NCBI GenBank assembly: GCA_002839855.1
Contig: PGYV01000002.1
Span: 203,125-267,124 of the forward strand
DNA: 64,000 nucleotides
Reading direction: 5' to 3'
Source: Candidatus Goldiibacteriota bacterium HGW-Goldbacteria-1
Lineage (GTDB): Bacteria; Oederibacteriota; PGYV01
Below are positions 1 through 10,515 of the stretch, piece after piece. A model generated the notes under the pieces. The model saw nothing but the letters and a program-made list of their open reading frames with translations, made no database searches and was not told the DNA's origin. A program made the translations under genes and the position numbers. Numbering within the stretch: the stretch's first letter is position 1; the number at the start of each line of letters is the position of its first letter.

Positions 1-2
1 AC

Positions 3-746
3 ACAAAGACCGGGCAGTATGGCGACAATGATGATAAAGATGAAAGGCTTTGGGCTGCTTCGGAATTGTTTTCAACTACCGGCGAAGAAGTCTATAATAA
101 ATTTTTTACGGCTAATTATAAAAACTGGGATAAAGCCATAGACCGGGCTGCGTCATGGCGCGACGTAAAAGAAATGGCAATGTTTTCATATTGCGTGTCT
201 GTACAGCCGGGTAAATCAGAAGAGGCATGTGAGTCCATAAAGAAATCAATGGCGGTTCACTGTGATACTTTAATGGCAAAGATAAACGACAGCGGTTACA
301 GGAACGTGATGGGTGAAGAGGATTACGTCTGGGGGTCAAATTCAGTTGCGTTAAATTACGCCATGAACCTTATCGTAGGCGCGGATGTCCTTGAAAAACA
401 GGAATACAAAAAAGGCGCGCTTGAAATACTGGGTTATATATTCGGCATTAATCCTTTTGCAAGAAGCTATGTGACGGGAATCGGCTCTAACTATCCCATG
501 AACATACACCACAGGCCCACGGTTGGGGATAAAAATCCGGAGCCGTGGCCGGGGCTTTTAGCCGGCGGGCCCAATAAAAGGCCGCAGGACAACCCTTTAA
601 AAGCATTGCCATTTGGCACCGCACCGGCAAGAAACTACGCCGACCACATTGATTCATACGCCAGCAACGAAATTGCCATAAACTGGAACGCGCCTTTGGC
701 ATACGTCTTGGCGGAATTTTTATCAAATAATGTGGTGATGGAATAA
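3..746 (+). CDS. Glycoside hydrolase family 9 endoglucanase, C-terminal fragment (5' end outside window)
   Basis: Both GH9 active-site signatures are present: 'SYVTGIGSNYPMNIHHR' (signature 1) and 'YADHIDSYASNEIAINWNAP' (signature 2). The ORF is open to the window edge. Confidence 0.85.
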   Translation, partial: TKTGQYGDNDDKDERLWAASELFSTTGEEVYNKFFTANYKNWDKAIDRAASWRDVKEMAMFSYCVSVQPGKSEEACESIKKSMAVHCDTLMAKINDSGYRNVMGEEDYVWGSNSVALNYAMNLIVGADVLEKQEYKKGALEILGYIFGINPFARSYVTGIGSNYPMNIHHRPTVGDKNPEPWPGLLAGGPNKRPQDNPLKALPFGTAPARNYADHIDSYASNEIAINWNAPLAYVLAEFLSNNVVME

Positions 747-917
747 TACCGGTTTATACACGCTGAAATTATCATAAGGGGTTATTAAAATCATTTATTT
801 ATTAAAGGATACTTGCGGCTTATTAATGAGTATAATAGTTTTATTTGGTATTATTTTGTACTTGTTTTTCATAGCCGTTTTTAATATAATTATTAAAACG
901 ATTTACGGAGGATAACT

Positions 918-1172
918 ATGGCTAAAAATGTAACCTTTACAATGAAAGTGGATAAAGACGTTCGTGACCTTTTAAAAGACTTCTGCCGATCAAGGGGATT
1001 TATGATGAAATCTTTCCTTGAAAAGGCGATACTGGATGAAATTGAAAGGGAAGAAATGAAAGAAGACCTTTTAAGTATTCAGAATTATGAGAGAAATGAA
1101 AAAGGAAACACTATACCGCTTGAAAACGTTGCCGAAGAACTTGGATTTTACGGAAAGAAAAAGAATGTATAA
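918..1172 (+). CDS. Type II antitoxin, RHH (RelB/DinJ-like)
   Basis: 84 aa with an N-terminal beta-strand/helix pattern 'VTFTMKVDKDVRDLLKDF'. It overlaps the downstream RelE/ParE toxin gene by 8 nt. An RBS GGAGG lies upstream. Confidence 0.55.
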   Translation: MAKNVTFTMKVDKDVRDLLKDFCRSRGFMMKSFLEKAILDEIEREEMKEDLLSIQNYERNEKGNTIPLENVAEELGFYGKKKNV

Positions 1173-1431
1173 AATTGAACTTTCGCGCAGCGCGTATAAA
1201 TGGCTGAAAATGGCTCCCGGGGGGATGCCGGAACTTGCGGCCATTAAGGGTAAAATAATGGAGCTTGCGGAAAATCCAAAACCGCCCGGCTGTGAGAAGT
1301 TAAGGATGAAAGAAGATTATTATAGAATAAGGCACGGGAATTACAGGGTTGTGTATGAAATCTCGGTCACAGAAAAGAAGGTAATAATTGTTGCAATAGG
1401 GCATAGAAGGGAAATATACAGGGGGATATAA
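1165..1431 (+). CDS. Type II toxin, RelE/ParE family
   Basis: 88 aa from the internal ATG. 'YRIRHGNYRVVYEI...KKVIIVAIGHRREIY' is the typical RelE/ParE core. Translationally coupled to the upstream antitoxin. Confidence 0.75.
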   Translation: MYKIELSRSAYKWLKMAPGGMPELAAIKGKIMELAENPKPPGCEKLRMKEDYYRIRHGNYRVVYEISVTEKKVIIVAIGHRREIYRGI

Positions 1432-1591
1432 TCAGCGGGTTGAATCATCGTTTTTTTTCTGTGGCCGCATATGGAAACATATTTTTATACATAGGCTTTT
1501 ATTGTTAATCAATTGAAATCCCATGGGGGATATAATATAATGCACTCTGCTCCCGGATTATGAGGGTAAAAATGTGGTATTGGGGTAAAAG

Positions 1592-2623
1592 ATGAAACGT
1601 GTGACAATGCAGGAAATTGCAAAGAGGGCAGGAGTTACAAAAGCCACTGTTTCCATGGCGGTAAATGGTTCCAAACGCATCGGGGAAGCAACCGGAAAAA
1701 AGATAATGGATATAGTCCGCGAGCTTAATTATATTCCGAATGAATCGGCAAGAAAGCTTGCCCTTGGCAGAAGCGGGGCAATTGCCGTAATAGCGCCAAG
1801 GTATAACGGCCCTTTTATGATGAGTGTCCTGAATGCTTTTGAAGAAAAAGCATTTGCCACGGGCAGATACCTTCACAGCATACAGGCGTATTCAACAATG
1901 CACAAAATTGATATCAGGGAAAAACTGCTTAAGCAGATTCTTTACGGCAGAAAGGCGGACGCGGTGGTGCTTATTTCCTTAAGGCCGGATGATGAAACCG
2001 TGGAGCTTTATAAAAAAGAAGGCATTCCAATGATACTTATGGAAAACAAGGTTAAAGGCGCGCATTCAATTAATATTGATAACGAAGCGGGTGTTTATAA
2101 AGCCGCGGATTACCTTATAAAAAAATACGGGAATAAAATAACATTTGTATCGTCTATGCCGGCACGGTCAAATGACGCGGAGCTTAACCCGGTGTATGAC
2201 GCCCGTTTGAACGGCTTTAAAAGCGCCTTAAAAGACAACGGGATAAAATTCCGCAATGCTATGGTGGCATATACCCCCGGTTTTGAATACCATGAAGCGC
2301 CGGCAGCCTATAAAGAACTTAAAAAAAATAATGCCGGAATAAATTCAATATTGTGTTCAACGGGGGATAAAGTCGCGTTTGGAATTATAGAAGCGGTAAA
2401 GAAAGACGGGCTTAAGGTTCCCGCGGATATCGCGGTTATCGGCTTTGACGACCTTTTACCTCTTACGCTGTTGTCTTCCCCGAAGATTACCACGATAAGG
2501 CAGGATTTTGAGGAAATAGGCTGCGCCGCTTTTGATATGGTAATGGCGGCAATAAAGGATAAACCGGCAAAGGACATGAATGTTATAATAGAACCTGAAT
2601 TAATAATAAGGGAGTCCGCGTGA
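1592..2623 (+). CDS. LacI family transcriptional regulator
   Basis: N-terminal HTH 'VTMQEIAKRAGVTKATVSMAVNG' followed by a periplasmic-binding-protein-like sugar-binding domain. Confidence 0.85.
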   Translation: MKRVTMQEIAKRAGVTKATVSMAVNGSKRIGEATGKKIMDIVRELNYIPNESARKLALGRSGAIAVIAPRYNGPFMMSVLNAFEEKAFATGRYLHSIQAYSTMHKIDIREKLLKQILYGRKADAVVLISLRPDDETVELYKKEGIPMILMENKVKGAHSINIDNEAGVYKAADYLIKKYGNKITFVSSMPARSNDAELNPVYDARLNGFKSALKDNGIKFRNAMVAYTPGFEYHEAPAAYKELKKNNAGINSILCSTGDKVAFGIIEAVKKDGLKVPADIAVIGFDDLLPLTLLSSPKITTIRQDFEEIGCAAFDMVMAAIKDKPAKDMNVIIEPELIIRESA

Positions 2624-3651
2624 AAAATATAACCATAAGGGACGTGGCAAAACTTGCAGGTGTTTCCCACGTTACAGTTTCCAATGTAATAAACGGGCGC
2701 GGCAGAATGTCCGCGGAGACCAAAGAAAAGGTTTTAAAAGCCGTTAAAAAACTTAAATTCTATCCTGATGTCATGGCAAGGACGCTTGCCGGCGGCAGGT
2801 CAAACAATATTGCCCTTATCAGTTCGTACCTGTCATCGCCGTTTGTAATAAATATCCTGTCAGGGGTGGAACGCAGGCAGGCGGAATTAAATAAGTTTGC
2901 CTACCGGCTGGAACATCACAGCACAAGAGGGGCGCTGTCGGTAAAAGAAGACCTGTTAAAAAGTATCCTTTACGGTAAGAAAGCGGATGCTGTTATTACC
3001 GTTACCGTAAAACCAAGCGCTGAACTTGTAAAAGAGTTTTCAAAAAGGGGGATGCCCCTTGTGATTATAGAAAACAAAGCCGCGGGCGCAAGTTCGGTAA
3101 CTGTGGATAATTACAAAGGCGCTTTTATGGCAACGGAACACCTTATAAAATCCGGCAGAAAAAAACTTGCAATTGTTAACGGGCCGGTGGGTTCCAGTGT
3201 TTATGACGAAGAAGAAAACCCCGTGGTATCAGAGCGTTTAAAGGGTTTTAAAGACGCGCTGGAAGAATACAATTTAAAATATGATGACAAGATGTCCTAT
3301 CACGTGGCTTTCTATAACAGGGAAGAAGGCGAAAAAGCCATGCAGCGTATTAATAATACCGGCACCAGGGTGAATGGGATTTTCTGCGCGGCAGGCGATA
3401 CAACGGCTTTAGGGATAATATACCAGTGCAGGCAATATGGGATAAAAATCCCGCAGGACGTAGCGCTTGCCGGTTATGACGATATTTCAATAGCGGGGAT
3501 TATGACGCCGCCTTTGACAACCATAAGGCAGCCGATGGCAGAAATGGGAAAAGCCGCGTTTGATATTGTGATGGCGGCAATGGAAGGAAAAGTTAAAAAA
3601 CCGGCGGATATAGTGCTGCAGCCGGAGCTGATAAAAAGGGAAAGCGCATAG
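2620..3651 (+). CDS. LacI family transcriptional regulator (tandem paralog)
   Basis: HTH 'ITIRDVAKLAGVSHVTVSNVING'. Overlaps the upstream paralog by 4 nt. The C-terminal 'TTIRQPMAEMGKAAFDIVMAA' parallels the upstream gene. Confidence 0.85.
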   Translation: MKNITIRDVAKLAGVSHVTVSNVINGRGRMSAETKEKVLKAVKKLKFYPDVMARTLAGGRSNNIALISSYLSSPFVINILSGVERRQAELNKFAYRLEHHSTRGALSVKEDLLKSILYGKKADAVITVTVKPSAELVKEFSKRGMPLVIIENKAAGASSVTVDNYKGAFMATEHLIKSGRKKLAIVNGPVGSSVYDEEENPVVSERLKGFKDALEEYNLKYDDKMSYHVAFYNREEGEKAMQRINNTGTRVNGIFCAAGDTTALGIIYQCRQYGIKIPQDVALAGYDDISIAGIMTPPLTTIRQPMAEMGKAAFDIVMAAMEGKVKKPADIVLQPELIKRESA

Positions 3652-3660
3652 ATAAATCTT

Positions 3661-3868
3661 AAACTATAAGCATAGAAGCAGATAAGCATAAGCGCAGGAT
3701 ATAAAGAAATTCTTTTGCTATAGCTTAACTGCTTAATATTTTAAAGTGTTATACTTTCGTTATTGCTTAAAGTTTAAACCGTCCCTCCGTACATCTGTCC
3801 CTCTGTCCCTCGGTTTTACCAAGCCTCCAAGCCTCCAAGCATCTAAGCCTCCAAGCCTCCAAGCCTCT
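3661..3868. repeat. Composite intergenic repeat, copy 1. An 'ataagc'-rich module (3661-3697) plus 'GTCCCTC...CCAAGCCTCCAAGC' octamer tandem repeats (3776-3868)
   Basis: Related copies occur at 10516-10929 and 21563-21760. 'CCAAGCCT' is tandemly repeated about 5 times. ORF 3746..3949 is a translation artefact of this repeat. Confidence 0.7.
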
Positions 3869-3888
3869 TGTTTTGCCGGGTTTCATAA

Positions 3889-5735
<1,847 letters not shown>

Positions 5736-5736
5736 T

Positions 5737-6051
5737 ATGAAAAGGGATAATGACTATAAAAAAGAATTTCAGACAAAAATAGAAAGTGAAATTGATAAAA
5801 AAGAGCAGGCAAAAAAAACCGGTTCAGAGGCCCTGTACTGGATAGGCATGATGGGTATTGTGGGATGGTCAGTCACAATTCCTCTGCTGGCGGGGATATT
5901 TCTGGGCAGATGGATAGATGAAAAATTCCCGGGGCAGTATTCGTTTACCTTAATGTTAATGTTTGCAGGGTTGGCGCTTGGCTGCTGGAACGCGTGGTAT
6001 TGGGTGCAAAAAGCAAGCCGGAATAAAAAGGAAAAAGATAAAAGTAAATAA
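5737..6051 (+). CDS. atpQ: AtpQ-like small membrane protein (ATPase_gene1/AtpZ family)
   Basis: 104 aa with two predicted TM helices ('ALYWIGMMGIVGWSVTIPLLAGIFLGRW', 'FTLMLMFAGLALGCWNAWYWV'). Lies between atpC and the a-subunit gene. Confidence 0.5.
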   Translation: MKRDNDYKKEFQTKIESEIDKKEQAKKTGSEALYWIGMMGIVGWSVTIPLLAGIFLGRWIDEKFPGQYSFTLMLMFAGLALGCWNAWYWVQKASRNKKEKDKSK

Positions 6052-6063
6052 ACGGAGGCGCGT

Positions 6064-6372
6064 ATGAACAATATAATGCTTGTTGTGTCTGCGGCGGCGG
6101 GTGCGGTTACGGCGTGGATATATCTGATGCTGCTAAAAAGGACTGTTTTACAGATTACGTCCGGCAAATCATCAGCTGTTTTGATATTCGGATATTTTCT
6201 TCGGATAGCCATCTGTATTATTTGTTTTGCCGCGGTTTCGTGGGGTAATCACCTTGACAGGGTGCTTGCGTGTTTGGTGGGTTTCAGTGTTGTGCAGATT
6301 AGTTCAATAATCAGGGCGGGCAGACAGTCAGATTTCTTAAAAAGCGCGGGGAATTATGGAAATAAATCCTGA
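6064..6372 (+). CDS. atpR: AtpR-like small membrane protein (N-ATPase accessory)
   Basis: 102 aa with about 3 TM helices and an Arg inside the first TM ('LLKRTVLQI'). Sits immediately upstream of subunit a. Confidence 0.5.
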   Translation: MNNIMLVVSAAAGAVTAWIYLMLLKRTVLQITSGKSSAVLIFGYFLRIAICIICFAAVSWGNHLDRVLACLVGFSVVQISSIIRAGRQSDFLKSAGNYGNKS

Positions 6373-7027
6373 CAATATGCAGATGTTCAGTATAGGAATT
6401 ATAAAAATCAATGCCACTATTTTTTATACGTGGATTGTTATGGCTCTGCTGACACTATTTTCTATTATTATTACATCGCGCCTTTCAACCGGGGCAAAGA
6501 TACCGCGGTGGCAGGGCGTGCTGGAAGTAATTGTATCTTTTGTAAACAATCAAATAAGGCAGGTGATAGGGCGCAACCCGCGGCCTTATACCGCTTTTCT
6601 TGGTACGCTGGGAATATTTATACTTGTGTGTAATGTGTTGGAAGTGGTGCCGCTGTACCATCCGCCCACGTCGTCGCTGTCCACCACAGCCGCGCTGGCT
6701 GTAAGCGTGTTTTTTGCTGTGCCGTTCTATGGGATATTAAAGAATGGGCTGTGGGCGCATATCAAGTCATATTTTCAGCCGTCATTTTTTATGCTGCCTT
6801 TCCATATTATAAGCGAGATTTCAAGGACAGTGTCCCTTGCGGTAAGGCTTTTTGGAAATATCATGAGCGAAAGTTTAATGATAGGCGTGTTTCTTTCGGT
6901 TGTGCCGCTATTTGTGCCGCTTGTTATGCAGGCCTTTGGGCTGGTAATAGGCGTGGTTCAGGCATATATTTTCTTTACTCTGGCAACTGTTTACATAGGG
7001 TCTTCCGTGTCAATACACGGGGAATAA
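6356..7027 (+). CDS. atpB: ATP synthase F0 subunit a
   Basis: Polytopic membrane protein with the 'LAVRLFGNIMSE' motif carrying the conserved Arg. Confidence 0.9.
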   Translation: MEINPDNMQMFSIGIIKINATIFYTWIVMALLTLFSIIITSRLSTGAKIPRWQGVLEVIVSFVNNQIRQVIGRNPRPYTAFLGTLGIFILVCNVLEVVPLYHPPTSSLSTTAALAVSVFFAVPFYGILKNGLWAHIKSYFQPSFFMLPFHIISEISRTVSLAVRLFGNIMSESLMIGVFLSVVPLFVPLVMQAFGLVIGVVQAYIFFTLATVYIGSSVSIHGE

Positions 7028-7048
7028 AAAAATGAAAGGAGGGTCATA

Positions 7049-7327
7049 ATGGACAATGCAACGATAGTGGCGGTAGTTTCAATCATTACGGCAGGGGCGA
7101 CAATTACATTAGGGACAATGGTTCCCGCGTACGGCGAGATGAAAGCGCTGATAAAGGCGCTTGAATCAATTACGCAGCAGCCGGATGCTTCAAATGTGTT
7201 AAGCAGAAACCTTTTTGTGGGGCTTGCCATGATTGAATCGCTGGCAATTTACTGCCTTGTAATTTCAATAATTCTTATATTTACAAATCCGTTCTGGAAT
7301 TTCATGACAACAGCCGGAGGAAAGTAG
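7049..7327 (+). CDS. atpE: ATP synthase F0 subunit c
   Basis: 92-aa hairpin proteolipid. Helix 2 reads 'GLAMIESLAIYCLV'. Helix 1 carries Glu in 'VPAYGEMKA'. Confidence 0.9.
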   Translation: MDNATIVAVVSIITAGATITLGTMVPAYGEMKALIKALESITQQPDASNVLSRNLFVGLAMIESLAIYCLVISIILIFTNPFWNFMTTAGGK

Positions 7328-7328
7328 G

Positions 7329-8111
7329 ATGCACTTTGACCTGTTTACATTCATTGCGCAGCTTATTAATTTCGCGTTGCTTGTATTTCTGCTTAATAAG
7401 TTTCTTTTTGGCAGGATTAAAGCCGCAATGGACGAAAGGGAAAAAAAGATAGCCGGCGACCTTGAAAAGGCGGGTATTCTAAGGGAAGAAGCGCAAAAAT
7501 CCGCGGCGCTTGCGGCAGAAGAATTAAAATTGCTGGAAAGCCGCAGGCAGGAAATGCTGGATAATGCCCGCAAAAAAGCGCGTGAAGAAGCTGAAGAAAT
7601 GAAAGCCGCAGCGCAGGGCGCGCAGCGGGAGCAGCAGAAAAAATGGCAGCAGGCATTTTCGGGAGAGCAGGAAAACTACTTAAGGATGCTTAAAGCGCAT
7701 TCCGGTAAATTCGCGTGGAAGGTTTCTGAAAAGATGTTAAGGGAGCTGTCTGATGAAAAGATAAATGATAAAGCCGCGGAGATATTTTTAAAAAAACTGG
7801 AAGCGCTTGGCGGCGCGCAAACGGCGGAATTTAAAGCGGCGGTTAACAGGTCGGAAAAACCTGTGGTGGTTTCAAGTCCGTTTATTATAGATGCCGGTAT
7901 TAAGGATAAAATTTCCGGTGTAATTGCAGCCAAGACAGGCAGCCAAAAAACAGTTATATATGAGCTTAACGAAGCTCTGGTCTGCGGTATTGAAGCCGGG
8001 GCTGAAGGGTATAAAATATCATGGGGCGGGGAGGAATATTTTTCCGGTATAGAAAAAGAAGTGATGGATGTTTTTAAAGATGGAAGCAAAAAAGGCGGAT
8101 ACGATGGATGA
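7329..8111 (+). CDS. atpF: ATP synthase F0 subunit b (unusually long; possible b/delta-like fusion)
   Basis: N-terminal TM 'FTFIAQLINFALLVFLLNKFLF' followed by a coiled coil. At 260 aa it is much longer than a typical b subunit. The C-terminal part loosely resembles the delta (OSCP) C-domain. No separate delta gene is present. Confidence 0.75.
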   Translation: MHFDLFTFIAQLINFALLVFLLNKFLFGRIKAAMDEREKKIAGDLEKAGILREEAQKSAALAAEELKLLESRRQEMLDNARKKAREEAEEMKAAAQGAQREQQKKWQQAFSGEQENYLRMLKAHSGKFAWKVSEKMLRELSDEKINDKAAEIFLKKLEALGGAQTAEFKAAVNRSEKPVVVSSPFIIDAGIKDKISGVIAAKTGSQKTVIYELNEALVCGIEAGAEGYKISWGGEEYFSGIEKEVMDVFKDGSKKGGYDG

Positions 8112-9660
8112 AAGTAAAAATATAAAAAGCACGCTTAATAATATGCTTGATTCCGTTTTTACAGAAGCGGAAAAGATAGCGGGTGAGAATTCCGCGTCAC
8201 TTTTACTGGGAGAGACCGGAACAGTAATTTCCGTGGGCAGGGGTATCGCATCCGTAAAAGGGCTGTTTAATGTGAAATCAGATGAACTTATAAGTTTTCC
8301 GGGAGGGTATTACGGAACTGCTTTTAATCTGGAACCGGATTATGTGTTAGTGGTGCTTCTGTCAAAAAGCGATGATATTTCCGCGGGTATGCAGGTAAAA
8401 AGAACAGGCAAAACAGTAAGCGTGCCTGTGGGCGAAGCGCTGCTTGGCAGGGTGGTTGACCCGCTTGGCAGGCCGCTGGATAACGGTGCTGAAATAGCGG
8501 CCGAAAAATGGTACCCGTCGGAAAGGCCGTCGCCGGTTATTATGGACCGCGCGCCGGTAAATATGCCGCTGCAGACAGGTATTACAGCGGTGGATGCGCT
8601 GATACCAATAGGCAGGGGGCAAAGGGAGCTTATTATAGGCGACAGGCAGACAGGCAAGACTGCAGTTGCCGTGGACACAATAATAAATCAGCGCGGCAAG
8701 AATGTGATATGCGTGTACTGCTCTATCGGGCAGCAGAATTCAGCCGCGGCAAAGGTAATTGCATCACTTAGAGACGCCGGGGCAATGGATTACACTTTTA
8801 TAGTTGTATCCGGAGGGGATGACCAGCCGGGAATGAATTTTCTGGCGCCGTATTCGGCGTGCTCTATGGCGGAATTTTTCATGGAGCAGGGAAAAGATGT
8901 ACTGATAGTATTTGACGACTTAAGCAAACACGCCCGTTCTTACAGGGAAATTTCCCTGTTGCAAAGGCGCCCGCCCGCAAGGGAGGCCTTCCCGGGCGAT
9001 ATTTTTTACATTCATTCGCGGCTGCTTGAAAGGGCAACTCACCTGTCCGCGGAAAAAGGGGGCGGCTCGCTTACCGCGCTTCCTGTGGTGGAAACAGAGG
9101 CGCAGAATATTGCGGCGTATATCCCCACAAATCTTGTCTCCATAACAGATGGGCAGATATACCTGTCGCCTAAACTATTTCAGCAGTCGGTCCTGCCTGC
9201 CGTGGATGTGGGCAAGTCTGTATCACGCGTTGGCGGTGCGGCGCAGCTTCCGGCTTTCAGAAAAACAGCAGGCGACCTTAAACTTTCATATTCCCAGTTT
9301 GAAGAGCTTGAAATTTTTGAAAGGTTTTCAACCAAACTGGATGACCGGACAAAACAGTCGCTGCTGCGCGGCCACAGAATACGCGCCGTTTTAAAACAGC
9401 AGCAGAATAACCCCGTATCTGTTATGGGGCAGATAGCGCTTTTAACCGCAGTTAATAACGGGGTGTTTGATGAAATTGCCGAAAACGCCGTGCCGGCAGC
9501 CGCGGATATTGTAAGGCAAAAGGCAGAGGCGGAATTAAAAACAATCTCGGAGAAGATACTGGCAGGCAATGAAATCACTCCGGAAGATAATATTATAATT
9601 CTGAATACTGTAAAAAAACTAATTTCAGAAAGCACAGGTAAAAACAATGCAGTCTCCTGA
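8104..9660 (+). CDS. atpA: ATP synthase alpha subunit
   Basis: P-loop 'GDRQTGKTAVAVDTIINQ'. The start codon was chosen at 'MDESKNIK', which has an RBS-like 'AAGGCGGA' upstream. The ORF-track start is 8068. Confidence 0.9.
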   Translation: MDESKNIKSTLNNMLDSVFTEAEKIAGENSASLLLGETGTVISVGRGIASVKGLFNVKSDELISFPGGYYGTAFNLEPDYVLVVLLSKSDDISAGMQVKRTGKTVSVPVGEALLGRVVDPLGRPLDNGAEIAAEKWYPSERPSPVIMDRAPVNMPLQTGITAVDALIPIGRGQRELIIGDRQTGKTAVAVDTIINQRGKNVICVYCSIGQQNSAAAKVIASLRDAGAMDYTFIVVSGGDDQPGMNFLAPYSACSMAEFFMEQGKDVLIVFDDLSKHARSYREISLLQRRPPAREAFPGDIFYIHSRLLERATHLSAEKGGGSLTALPVVETEAQNIAAYIPTNLVSITDGQIYLSPKLFQQSVLPAVDVGKSVSRVGGAAQLPAFRKTAGDLKLSYSQFEELEIFERFSTKLDDRTKQSLLRGHRIRAVLKQQQNNPVSVMGQIALLTAVNNGVFDEIAENAVPAAADIVRQKAEAELKTISEKILAGNEITPEDNIIILNTVKKLISESTGKNNAVS

Positions 9661-10513
9661 GGAGGTAAAAAGAAAACTATCCGGGGCTGAATCTTTAAAG
9701 TCAATAGTGCGCACAATGAAGGTGCTTGCCGCGGTAAATGTCAGGCAGTATGAGAAGATGTCTGATGCTATTGACAGGTATAACGAAATTGTGGAAATGG
9801 GTTTCAGGGTGTTTTTGGGTAATGAAGAAAAAAATTATAATCCGGCGCCGGAAGAAGAAAACACCGGATATATTGTACTGGGTTCGGATATGGGCATGTG
9901 CGGAAGGTTTAATGACCAGATAGCAGCGTATGCTTTGGAAAAAACAGGTAATAATACAGATACAGTGATGGCGGTCGGCGACAAAGTTTCCGCCAAGCTG
10001 GAAGACGCAGGGGTTAAGCCGGCGGAAACTATTATTTATCCGGCAGTCCTGTCCGCGGGCATTGTGCCGCTTCTGCGGGAGATAATTCTTAAAATTGACG
10101 GGTGGCGGGAGACCAGAGGCATAAATTCCATAAGTGTATGCTATAACAAACCGGCAGATTCACTGTCGTACAATCCTGTTATGAAAAAGATTCTTCCCAT
10201 GGAGCCGGAATATCTGGAGCAGTTAAGAAAAAAAGAATGGAAATCCCGCAGCCTTCCTATATATAAAGAAGATAGGGAGAAGTTATTCTCCGGCCTTGTT
10301 AAGAATTATATTTATGTAGCGCTATACAGGGCGTTTGTGGAATCGCTTGTAAGCGAAAACACGGCAAGGCTTATTTCCATGCAGGCGGCGGAAAAACATA
10401 CCGCAGAACGCATAGAGGAGCTGACACTGGAATACAACATGGAACGCCAGGACGCCATCACCTCTGAAATCCTTGACATCATCGCCGGCGCAGAAGCGGT
10501 GGAAGGGAAGTAA
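9647..10513 (+). CDS. atpG: ATP synthase gamma subunit
   Basis: 288 aa. Last gene of the operon. Its C-terminal 'ITSEILDIIAGAEAV' is gamma-like. Confidence 0.8.
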   Translation: MQSPEEVKRKLSGAESLKSIVRTMKVLAAVNVRQYEKMSDAIDRYNEIVEMGFRVFLGNEEKNYNPAPEEENTGYIVLGSDMGMCGRFNDQIAAYALEKTGNNTDTVMAVGDKVSAKLEDAGVKPAETIIYPAVLSAGIVPLLREIILKIDGWRETRGINSISVCYNKPADSLSYNPVMKKILPMEPEYLEQLRKKEWKSRSLPIYKEDREKLFSGLVKNYIYVALYRAFVESLVSENTARLISMQAAEKHTAERIEELTLEYNMERQDAITSEILDIIAGAEAVEGK

Positions 10514-10515
10514 AA

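Noticed and set aside
9180-9716. Long antisense ORFs within the ATP synthase genes (for example 9180..9716 -, 7676..8089 -, 4308..4682 -)
   Set aside because: They lie fully inside strongly supported sense-strand CDSs with conserved motifs. No RBS and low-complexity products.
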